Positions 19,839 to 28,169 of a stretch of 64,000 bases of DNA are shown here, in pieces. Position numbers and translations under genes: made by a program. The notes under the pieces were generated by a model. That model searched no databases. It worked only from the letters and a program-made list of their open reading frames with translations, and had not been told where the DNA came from. Numbering within the stretch: the first letter of the stretch is position 1; every line of letters begins with the position of its first letter. Source of the stretch: Clostridia bacterium (GTDB taxonomy: Bacteria > Bacillota > Clostridia > Oscillospirales > CAG-272); contig JAFQOX010000105.1 of the NCBI GenBank assembly GCA_017412045.1, positions 43,120 through 107,119 of the forward strand. The letters run 5' to 3'.

Positions 19839-20135
19839 ATGAGCGAACAAACTCTTAACGGAAAATATTTAATGTATAAGGGTAAGCCTCTCGTCAGAGA
19901 GAATAACCGTATTTGTTACGGCGATATGTCGGACAAATATTATTTGTCCATGCTGATTCTTACCAACAAAACCGTTGGCGCTGTCGAAGTTCCCGATAAT
20001 ATTCTGGTACAGGTTTTGACCACGGGAGAAACTCCCAAAATTATGAAACAAGGAAACAAGATCGGTCTTTATGATGCCTTTGACATCGGAACGGTTTGGC
20101 TCGAAAGAGCGCTCCAGGATTCCGCAAATCAATAA
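19839..20135 (+). CDS. Hypothetical protein (98 aa)
   Basis: ATG 19839 is preceded by GGAAAGGAG, has its own consensus promoter, and is followed by a terminator. No family recognised (MSEQTLNGKYLMYKGKPLVRENNRICYGD...). Confidence 0.6.
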   Translation: MSEQTLNGKYLMYKGKPLVRENNRICYGDMSDKYYLSMLILTNKTVGAVEVPDNILVQVLTTGETPKIMKQGNKIGLYDAFDIGTVWLERALQDSANQ

Positions 20136-20147
20136 TGTATAAAAGAA

Positions 20148-20178
20148 AAGGCAGACGAGTTTTCATCTGTCTTTTTTT
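20148..20178 (+). terminator. Intrinsic terminator after the 98-aa ORF
   Basis: GGCAGA-cgagttttca-TCTGTC (one G-U pair) followed by TTTTTTT. Confidence 0.55.
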
Positions 20179-20195
20179 CGTGGAGGTTTTGATTT

Positions 20196-22025
20196 ATGCC
20201 AAAAATTTTTGAAAACAAAAAAGATGATTTTGCCGAGCGAGTATTACCGCTTACGGATTTCCGACTGTTTTCGGATATGCAGAATGCGGATATGTCGGAA
20301 GAGGCTGCATTGTCCGTTATGCGCATTGCCGAAGAATACGCCGCTATGGACTATCAACCGATTCTGGCGCATTCCTATATGCGTTATGAAAAAAACGGAA
20401 ACCGTTCCATTTATGAGAGCGAATATTATACTCGCCGCCGTATGGTATGGTATTTATTCCTCGGAGAATACATGGAAAGAAAGGAACGCTTTCTGGAAAA
20501 ACTGATCGACGGCATTTGGCTGCTTCTGGACGAGTGCTCCTGGGTCATTCCCGCTCATACGAAGATCCGCATTGATTACGTTCCCAAGCTTCCTTTGCAG
20601 TATAAAAACGAAGTCGACATCGTGGATCTGTTCGCGGCGGAAACGGGCGCTATGCTTTCGATCATCTGTTATCTGGGAAAAGAATTTCTCGATGGCGTAA
20701 CGCCGATTATCCGAGACAGGATTTTATACGAGGTTCGCCGAAGAGTTCTTCTTCCGTACCTGAATTATAATGACTATTGGTGGATGGGATACGTCAGAAG
20801 AAATATCAACAATTGGTGTCCGTGGATCACCTCCAACGTATTGCTCGCGTGCGCGCTTTGCGAGCCGGAGACGGAGATAAGAAAGCAGATCACAAGAAAG
20901 TCCATGGAGGTCATCGACCATTTCACGAGCATCTATCACGAGGATGGAGGCTGTGACGAAGGACCGAATTATTGGACGGTTGCGGGCGCGTCTTATTTTG
21001 ATTATCTTGAAATCCTCTACGATATCACGGGCGGTTATGCGGACGTGTTCGACAATCCCTTCATCCGCAGCATGGGAGAATACATCGCGAAATTCTGTGT
21101 CAACGTCGATCAGAGATATTATATCAATTTTGCCGACGCAGGCCCTCACGTGGGGATCAACAGAGATCTGGTCGTGAGATTCGGACGAAGAACAAAATCG
21201 GAGATGCTTTGGCGTTTCGGAATGAATTGTCCCAAGACGGATCATAACGTACGGATGCAGTATACGCTGTACAGATCTCTGAAAAATCTTTATGAAAAAA
21301 ATACGTCCGAAGCCGTAGAATTCAAATATCCGAAAAAAGTTTGGTTCCCGGGGATTCAGGTCATCGCCTCCAGAGAATCCGAGAAGAATTGCAACGGACT
21401 CTTTTTCGCCATGAAGGGCGGACACAATCGGGAGAGTCACAATCATAATGACGTCGGGCACTTCGTGGTATACGACAATGGCGAGCCGCTGATCATCGAC
21501 GTCGGTGTCGGAACTTATTGCGCGGACACCTTCAACGAAAACCGTTATAAAATTTGGACCATGCGTTCTTGCTATCATAATCTGCCGAGCTTCGGTGACG
21601 TGGAGCAGAAGAACGGTTTCGCTTATCGTGCGGAGGACGTTCGATACGATGAAGAGAATCACCGATTGACGATGGAACTGAAAAGCGCTTATCCGGAAGA
21701 AAGCGGTTTGTTTCATTTCATCCGAACGGGCGAGCTGACGGAAGGTGCCGTCAGGATCACGGATGAGATCGAGCTGAATGAACAGAAAAAAATTACCTTT
21801 CACTTCATGGTTGCCGATCGGCCCATTTTGACCGAACGCGGAGCCATTCGTTTGAGCGATCGAAGAAATTTGTATTTTGATGGAGATGCGCTGGAGGCGT
21901 CTGTCGAAGAAATCAAAATCGAAGATCCTCAAATCCAAAAAAGCTGGAGCAGGACGTCGCTTTACAGAATTTTGTTGATCGCCGAAAAAATGCAAAAAAA
22001 ATGCTTCCAATTCACCATTCAATAA
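20196..22025 (+). CDS. Heparinase II/III-family protein (putative polysaccharide lyase-like, no signal peptide)
   Basis: 609 aa. KGGHNRESHNHNDVGHFVVY block characteristic of the heparinase II/III C-terminal domain. RBS GGAGG. Confidence 0.7.
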   Translation: MPKIFENKKDDFAERVLPLTDFRLFSDMQNADMSEEAALSVMRIAEEYAAMDYQPILAHSYMRYEKNGNRSIYESEYYTRRRMVWYLFLGEYMERKERFLEKLIDGIWLLLDECSWVIPAHTKIRIDYVPKLPLQYKNEVDIVDLFAAETGAMLSIICYLGKEFLDGVTPIIRDRILYEVRRRVLLPYLNYNDYWWMGYVRRNINNWCPWITSNVLLACALCEPETEIRKQITRKSMEVIDHFTSIYHEDGGCDEGPNYWTVAGASYFDYLEILYDITGGYADVFDNPFIRSMGEYIAKFCVNVDQRYYINFADAGPHVGINRDLVVRFGRRTKSEMLWRFGMNCPKTDHNVRMQYTLYRSLKNLYEKNTSEAVEFKYPKKVWFPGIQVIASRESEKNCNGLFFAMKGGHNRESHNHNDVGHFVVYDNGEPLIIDVGVGTYCADTFNENRYKIWTMRSCYHNLPSFGDVEQKNGFAYRAEDVRYDEENHRLTMELKSAYPEESGLFHFIRTGELTEGAVRITDEIELNEQKKITFHFMVADRPILTERGAIRLSDRRNLYFDGDALEASVEEIKIEDPQIQKSWSRTSLYRILLIAEKMQKKCFQFTIQ

Positions 22026-22197
22026 CGATTTGAAAAATGGTAAAAATCAAACCGATTTTCACCACTTAAAAAAAGGGGGATTCCTTCGATATATGAAGGA
22101 ATCCCTCCAGAATTAGGTATTGAATTATACAAAATTAATATTTTATATAATTCAGAGAAGGATTTTTTAAGGAGCTTTCGATCCCAAAAGCCCCTTA

Positions 22198-22263
22198 AAT
22201 CAAAAAATCAAACAGAAATCGTATTTTACGAAGGAATCGTCGTCATTTGATTTCTGTTTGATT
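22198..22263 (-). terminator. Intrinsic terminator after the SpoVB-like gene
   Basis: 15-bp arms AATCAAACAGAAATC / GATTTCTGTTTGATT. On the minus strand they are followed by TTTTTTGATTT. Confidence 0.7.
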
Positions 22264-22285
22264 ATTAGTTGTGATGACAAACTAT

Positions 22286-23947
22286 TTATCTCATTAATTT
22301 TATTTTCTTCAATAATCCGTAGATTTTTTGACCTTTCGGCAAGAGAATAATATCGCCTTTTTCAAAAGTATTGAAGAGGAAGAGCAAAATGAAGTAAGCA
22401 ATAACGGTCACAAAAATGGAAACGAGCGTTGCGACGGACGGGTGTCCGAGCTTTGCCATCAGCTGATATACCGTGACGGTCAGTACGGAAGAAACCGCAG
22501 ACGCCAAAAATGCCTTGAGGAAATTTTTGAAGAATTTGATTTCAATGCCGATGTGTCTGATGATAAAGTAGAAATTGATGGCAGCCATGGTGAAGTATCC
22601 GCAAACCGTTGCGATCGGCGCGCCGTAAATTCCGATAGACGGATTGGAGATCAGAATCAGATTCAAGATCAATTTTACGAGAACGCCGCTATACATGGAA
22701 ACGATCGTTTTTTTCTGTAATCCGAAGGATTGCAGGATGGAGGTCGAAATGGTGAGCAGGGCGGTAAAAAATACGCCGATGGAGAGAATGGACAGAAGCG
22801 GCGCGGCGCTTGCGACCGATACGGGATTTTTAAAAAGCAGGGACAGGATCGGTCCCGACAGTACCGACATACCGATTGCGCAAGGAATGGAAATCATGGA
22901 AGAAAATTTCAGACAGGAATGCATGGTTTTCATGGCGCTTGCTTTTCGCGCGATCCGTTCTTCTTCCGTCGGAGCGTTTCTCATGGCAGCCAAGGATGCC
23001 GTCAGAGCCGGCGTCAAAGAAGATGCAATCGGCTGAATAAAGGCGGACGGCAAATGCGCCATCGTCACGGCAAGTGTGCTGTAGTTTCCGTAAGCAATTT
23101 CCGCAATCTCCGTGGTGGTAAACGTTTTCATGGCGTTGATGATAGAAAAGGCATCGATAATGCTCGTCAGGTTCAAAGCGACGGAGCTCAGCGTGATCGG
23201 CAAAGCGATGGAGAGCATTCGCTTAAAAACGGAACGCTTGGAGCTGACCGTCTCTCCGATGACTGCGATGGAAGCGCAGTTCTTTTCCGCATCGCGATCA
23301 TGAAGAAATTTCGCAACGAAAAGAAAGAGCATACCCGTTCCGACGCCGATGGTGATGCCGGCGATCGCGTAAGCGGCGGCGACCTCAATGCTTTCGCCTT
23401 TGTTGATGGCATAGTACGCAAGAACGATACCGATTACGAATTTGCTGATCGCTTCCGTAATTTCACTGACCGCGGTCGGCACCATATTTCGATGCCCCTG
23501 AAAATAGCCTCGCATGGCGCTGGATAGACAAATGAAGAAAAGCGTCGGCGCGATCGCCATAATACAGAGGTAGGAATCCTTGCTTCCCGCCCAGGCGGCA
23601 AGCTGTCTGGAAAATACCAGCATAACCGTCGCGCCAAGAAGTCCCATCGTAAAGAACGCACTGAATGCCACGCGGAAAATTCTTTCCACCTGTTTTCGAC
23701 GGACGGAATTTTCGGGCGTACCGGAAATCATGATCGTGAGCGCGGCGGGCATACCGGCTGTCGCTACCAGATATAAGGTCGTAAATATATTGTACGCGAT
23801 ATTGAAATATCCCATACCTTTGTCACCCAATACGTCCTGCAAGGGAACTTTACAAAGAAGCCCCAGCAATTTGACTGTCAGATTGGATGCAGTTAGAATT
23901 AAAACGCCCGACAATAATCTTGGGCTGGATGATTTTTGTTTTTGCAA
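22286..23947 (-). CDS. MOP-superfamily polysaccharide/lipid II flippase-like protein (SpoVB/YabM/MurJ-like)
   Basis: 553 aa, about 14 TM segments. N-terminus LLSGVLILTASNLTVKLLGLLCKVPLQDVLGDKGMGYF is typical of the family. Apparent TTG start. Confidence 0.8.
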   Translation of the reverse strand: MQKQKSSSPRLLSGVLILTASNLTVKLLGLLCKVPLQDVLGDKGMGYFNIAYNIFTTLYLVATAGMPAALTIMISGTPENSVRRKQVERIFRVAFSAFFTMGLLGATVMLVFSRQLAAWAGSKDSYLCIMAIAPTLFFICLSSAMRGYFQGHRNMVPTAVSEITEAISKFVIGIVLAYYAINKGESIEVAAAYAIAGITIGVGTGMLFLFVAKFLHDRDAEKNCASIAVIGETVSSKRSVFKRMLSIALPITLSSVALNLTSIIDAFSIINAMKTFTTTEIAEIAYGNYSTLAVTMAHLPSAFIQPIASSLTPALTASLAAMRNAPTEEERIARKASAMKTMHSCLKFSSMISIPCAIGMSVLSGPILSLLFKNPVSVASAAPLLSILSIGVFFTALLTISTSILQSFGLQKKTIVSMYSGVLVKLILNLILISNPSIGIYGAPIATVCGYFTMAAINFYFIIRHIGIEIKFFKNFLKAFLASAVSSVLTVTVYQLMAKLGHPSVATLVSIFVTVIAYFILLFLFNTFEKGDIILLPKGQKIYGLLKKIKLMR

Positions 23948-23976
23948 ATCTGAGTACCTGCGCTTTTATTATATTT

Positions 23977-25266
23977 TTAAGTAAAATAATTTTCTGTAAT
24001 CTGACGGAAACGATATTTCAGCTTTTCAATATCAATGGTCTGATATTCTCCGTTTTCATAAAGAATCTTACCGTCAACCATCGTCATCACAACGTTGGAG
24101 GCATTCGCACTATAGAGGAATGCGTCACAATAATCATAGACGGGCATGACGTGAATCATGTCGAAATCCAGCATGACCAGATCGGCGCGCGCGCCGACGG
24201 CGAGTTTTCCGCAATCTGCTCTTCCCTGCATGTTCGCTCCGTTTTGAGTGAGCATTTGAATGAACGCGCCGGAGGGAACGGTATCCGTTCTGCCCGTGCT
24301 TCCCTTTTGCAGTATGGCGGCGAGATACGCTTCCTTCATCACGTCCAGCGTGTTGTTGGAGGCAGCGCCGTCCGTACCGAGCGTTACGTTGATCCGTTCG
24401 GAAAGCATCTTTTCCAATCTGGCGATGCCGGATCCGAGTTTCAGATTGCTCGCGGGATTATGAACGGCGGTCGCGCCGTTTTGCGCGAGGATTTTCATAT
24501 CGTTATCCGTCAAATGCACGCAATGCGCCGCCGTTACGGGCACACGGAATACGCCGTTTCTTTCAAAAAATTCCGTCGGCGTGATCCCGTATTTTTCAAC
24601 GCAGGCATCATGCTCGGATTTCGTTTCGGAAAGATGAACGTGCATGGACAGACCTTTTTCCAATGCAAAATCGGAAATATAGCGGCAAGCGGAAGGCACC
24701 GTGGAGTATTCGGCGTGGATGGACATATCTATTTTTATTCTTCCATCGGCGGAATTATGATACTTTTCATACAGCTTCACCGCTTCCAGGAAGCGATCGT
24801 CCGTCTGCGCCGTGATATTGGGATCAAAAGCCACGGTGGAGCGGGAAATATTCGCTTTGATTCCGGCAGCCGCGGTCGCTTCGATAATATCCTCGCAGAA
24901 AAAATACATATCCGAAAAGGATACCGTTCCGTTTTTGATCATTTCTGCGATGGAAAGCGTGCTCGCCACGGAGACTGCCTCCGGATACAGCTTATCCTCG
25001 GCGGGGAAAATCTTCTCGTGAAGCCATCTGGAGAGCGGGAGGTTTTCCGCGTAACCGCGGAACAAGGTCATTGGGGTATGCGTGTGACAGTTATAAAAAC
25101 CGGGGCAAAGCAATTTATTTTCACCCGAAATGACACGGTCGAAAGTGCCTTCCGGCAATTCCTTGCCGATGGATTCGATTTTTTCATCGTTCACAACGAC
25201 GTACATATTGCGGTCCGTAGAGCCGTCCCCGTACATCAAAGTAATATTTTTAAACAAAATTTTCAT
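23977..25266 (-). CDS. mtaD: 5'-methylthioadenosine/S-adenosylhomocysteine deaminase (amidohydrolase family)
   Basis: 429 aa. PGFYNCHTHTPMT metal-binding motif, HLSET, and GTDGAASNN blocks typical of MtaD/chlorohydrolases. Confidence 0.85.
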   Translation of the reverse strand: MKILFKNITLMYGDGSTDRNMYVVVNDEKIESIGKELPEGTFDRVISGENKLLCPGFYNCHTHTPMTLFRGYAENLPLSRWLHEKIFPAEDKLYPEAVSVASTLSIAEMIKNGTVSFSDMYFFCEDIIEATAAAGIKANISRSTVAFDPNITAQTDDRFLEAVKLYEKYHNSADGRIKIDMSIHAEYSTVPSACRYISDFALEKGLSMHVHLSETKSEHDACVEKYGITPTEFFERNGVFRVPVTAAHCVHLTDNDMKILAQNGATAVHNPASNLKLGSGIARLEKMLSERINVTLGTDGAASNNTLDVMKEAYLAAILQKGSTGRTDTVPSGAFIQMLTQNGANMQGRADCGKLAVGARADLVMLDFDMIHVMPVYDYCDAFLYSANASNVVMTMVDGKILYENGEYQTIDIEKLKYRFRQITENYFT

Positions 25267-25286
25267 TTACAAAACCTTCTTTTTCA

Positions 25287-26192
25287 TCAATTACGGTCCT
25301 TTCCGATAAATTCCCTGAACACGGAGTCCAAGGGAACGAAGCGGGAAGGGATCTCGATCACGTTTTTAAATTCAAAACAAATCCTGTCATATAATTCTTT
25401 TTCATGCGATTTTTCAAAATCAAAAGAAACGACGTTCATCAGATAGGGCTTAATCACGCCCAATTCATACGGCAAAAAGGAATCGATCACGTAATCGGCA
25501 TTTTTTTCATTAGGAATAATATTCTGATCTTCGTTTTCAACGACGCCGATCCAAAGCTCAAGCGTCCGCTCGGGCGTTGCGCTGCGGAACAGAAAATCCC
25601 GTACCAGCCTTCTGTAAAAGCGGACTTCCCGTTTGTCAAAGATCGTGCCGTATGCCTTGACGTCGGTGTCCACGCTGATATAAATGGATTTTGTTATTTC
25701 ATGGGGGAGCGTAGCCAAAATTTCGGGATAAATCGCTTGGATGCCTTCAAAAATAATAATTTCATGTTCAACAGGGGTATACGCGGTATACCCCTGTCTC
25801 TGTCCATGATTGAAATCATAAATGGGAAGCATGGCAGTTTTGCCGTTCAGAATCTGATCGACGCAAGTTTTGAAAACGGGAAAATCGATGGCGGAAATGG
25901 ATTCAAAATCGGGTTTTTCGTCATCCGAGATATCTGCTCGGTTACGGTAAAAATCATCAATGGAAATGATTTTTACCGTCAATCCTCTTTTTTCAAATTC
26001 ATGCTCCAGAATATAGGAGGTGGTTGTCTTTCCCGAGCAGGTCGGTCCGGACAATGTCAAAAATTTGATATGATCCATGCCGCAAATTTCGTTCGCAATT
26101 GCCAGCACCTGATTTTTATAATGCTTTTCCGAGTCTTCTACAAAAAGACGAATTTCCTCATCGGTTATGAACTGATTTTCATAAACAAACAT
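25287..26192 (-). CDS. P-loop nucleoside/uridine kinase-family protein
   Basis: About 301 aa from ATG 26192. Walker A LSGPTCSGKTTT followed by SIDDFY, as in the Udk/PRK family. The track ORF start (TTG 26216) overlaps hemZ. Confidence 0.6.
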   Translation of the reverse strand: MFVYENQFITDEEIRLFVEDSEKHYKNQVLAIANEICGMDHIKFLTLSGPTCSGKTTTSYILEHEFEKRGLTVKIISIDDFYRNRADISDDEKPDFESISAIDFPVFKTCVDQILNGKTAMLPIYDFNHGQRQGYTAYTPVEHEIIIFEGIQAIYPEILATLPHEITKSIYISVDTDVKAYGTIFDKREVRFYRRLVRDFLFRSATPERTLELWIGVVENEDQNIIPNEKNADYVIDSFLPYELGVIKPYLMNVVSFDFEKSHEKELYDRICFEFKNVIEIPSRFVPLDSVFREFIGKDRN

Positions 26193-26209
26193 ATCGCAAA
26201 ATTTCTCCG

Positions 26210-27691
26210 TTACCAAACATTGTGATAAAAATCAATTATTTTTTTCACCTTTTCTTCATTTCTGGTTCCGTTGGTTTCGGCAAGATACTCATAGGGATAT
26301 TTATATTCAAAAATACGGTCGATCACGGAACCGTTTCTGGAAACCATCTTGGAGACCGCGCCCGCGCCAACGGCAAAAATACTGTGGATTTCCTCCATCA
26401 TGTAAATGTTATAGAGCCCCTCCGTTCCGGGGAGAGCATATCCGACGTTTTCCAGATTGTCGATGGTGTTTTTCTGTCTATATATATAATAAGGTATATA
26501 TCCTGCGTTTTTTGCGCTCAATTGAGAATAGTCGACGCATTTGGACGTTTCGTTGAACGTGTGCCATGCATTGATATTGGATCTTTTGTGCGCGAAATCA
26601 GCCGCGTTTTTGATACAAAGTGTGTGGAAAGTCAGATTTTCGGGACGCAATTTGATCAAGGCATCGATGGTTTCGGAGAAGCTGCCGAAGCCTTCGCCCG
26701 GAAGTCCGGCGATCAGATCCGTATTGATGATCGGAATTCCGACTTCTCTTGCCATTTCAAACGCGCGATAAAAATCAGCCGCCGTATGCTTACGCCCAAC
26801 CAGCTCCAGCACGTCGTTGTTCAGTGTCTGCGTGTTGATGCTGACGCGGCTCACGCCGTGGTTTTTGATGATCTGTAATTTTTCTTTTGTGATGGTATCC
26901 GGACGCCCTGCCTCCACCGTAAATTCCTGCAAGGTTGACGGATCAATTCTTGACGTAATGGTATCCAACAAAATTTCCAGTTGATTTTCGTTCAGTGTGG
27001 TCGGCGTTCCGCCTCCGATATAGACGGTGGAGATCTCAAGCCCCAGATCGCGGATACAATCGATCGTCTGATTGACGTCATGACACAATCGGGTCAGATA
27101 AGAATCCAGAAGCCCCAAAAGCTTGGCGGATGTAAAGGAAACGAAGGAGCAATAGCTGCATCTGGAGGGACAGAAAGGAATGGAGATGTAGAGACTGCAC
27201 GCGGAACGGTTTGCTTTCGCGAGAAGATCGTTCTCAATAGAAGCGATTTCCGTTACCAAAGAGGCTTTTTTGGGACTGACCAGATATTCCGAGGTCAAAA
27301 AATCGCGGACTTCTTTTTTTGATTTTCCGTCCATCAAGCCTGTGATCGCAAGCTTGGCAGGGCGAACGCCCGTCAAAATGCCCCAGGAGGGCGTGATTCC
27401 CGTCAGTTTTTTACCTGCTTCAAAGAAAGCCTTGCCGCAAGCGATCTGTTCTGCGGAAACCTTTGCGCCCGCCTTGCTTTCTTCGTGATGCGTACATACG
27501 GCTTCGCCTTTTTCCGTGCGCAGATCCACCGTGGCATCGGCGCCGTTTTCCGTCGTCGTTACCGTGATGTTCACGGAAAGTCCGTCGGACTCTGTCGCTT
27601 CCGTTTTAGAGAATTTCACCCCCGGGAAAAAAAGCATACAGAGTGTTTGTACATAATATTCGTTGATATTGCCTGTGACCTGAATTTTCAT
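26210..27691 (-). CDS. hemZ: Radical SAM coproporphyrinogen-dehydrogenase-like protein (HemZ/HemN family)
   Basis: 493 aa. Radical SAM CPSRCSYCSF motif preceded by a long N-terminal extension, as in HemZ. Confidence 0.8.
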   Translation of the reverse strand: MKIQVTGNINEYYVQTLCMLFFPGVKFSKTEATESDGLSVNITVTTTENGADATVDLRTEKGEAVCTHHEESKAGAKVSAEQIACGKAFFEAGKKLTGITPSWGILTGVRPAKLAITGLMDGKSKKEVRDFLTSEYLVSPKKASLVTEIASIENDLLAKANRSACSLYISIPFCPSRCSYCSFVSFTSAKLLGLLDSYLTRLCHDVNQTIDCIRDLGLEISTVYIGGGTPTTLNENQLEILLDTITSRIDPSTLQEFTVEAGRPDTITKEKLQIIKNHGVSRVSINTQTLNNDVLELVGRKHTAADFYRAFEMAREVGIPIINTDLIAGLPGEGFGSFSETIDALIKLRPENLTFHTLCIKNAADFAHKRSNINAWHTFNETSKCVDYSQLSAKNAGYIPYYIYRQKNTIDNLENVGYALPGTEGLYNIYMMEEIHSIFAVGAGAVSKMVSRNGSVIDRIFEYKYPYEYLAETNGTRNEEKVKKIIDFYHNVW

Positions 27692-27695
27692 TGCT

Positions 27696-28157
27696 TTATT
27701 TACCTTTTCTCCTTAAAACATCGCTGTCCATGACGATCGTGATCGGTCCGTTTGCCACCATGGAAATATCCATGTGCGCGCCGAAAACACCCGTTTCGAC
27801 GATGGAAATCTCCTTTTTCAAAAGAGATACAAAATATTCGTATAATGCGTTTGCGCGCTCGGGAGCCTCCGCCCCGAAATAATCGGGACGGTTGCCGTGA
27901 GCATAGTTTGCGCTTAAGGTGAAATTGGATACGACCAGCGCAGAGCCGCCGATATCCTTCACACTCTTATTCATTTTATCGTTTTCATCAGAAAAAATTC
28001 TTAATTTTGAAATTTTGGCAGCTAAAAGTTCTGCGTCCAATTCCTCGTCTCCCTTGGCTACGCCCAATAAAAGCATGAGCCCTTCGTTGATCCTTCCGGT
28101 CAAAACACCGTCCGATACAACGCTGGCGGAAGATACTCTTTGAATGACTGCGCGCAT
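27696..28157 (-). CDS. dtd: D-aminoacyl-tRNA deacylase
   Basis: 153 aa. MRAVIQRVSSASV...LLLLGV...SNFTL...G.RP motifs. Conserved relA-dtd adjacency. Confidence 0.95.
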   Translation of the reverse strand: MRAVIQRVSSASVVSDGVLTGRINEGLMLLLGVAKGDEELDAELLAAKISKLRIFSDENDKMNKSVKDIGGSALVVSNFTLSANYAHGNRPDYFGAEAPERANALYEYFVSLLKKEISIVETGVFGAHMDISMVANGPITIVMDSDVLRRKGK

Positions 28158-28169
28158 AGATTCCTCCGA

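Noticed and set aside
22122-22153. AT-rich palindromes in the two convergent spacers considered as dif/Xer recombination sites
   Set aside because: They do not match the conserved dif core (..ATAATnTATATTATGT..) that I recall, and they occur twice within 30 kb, whereas dif is single-copy at the terminus.
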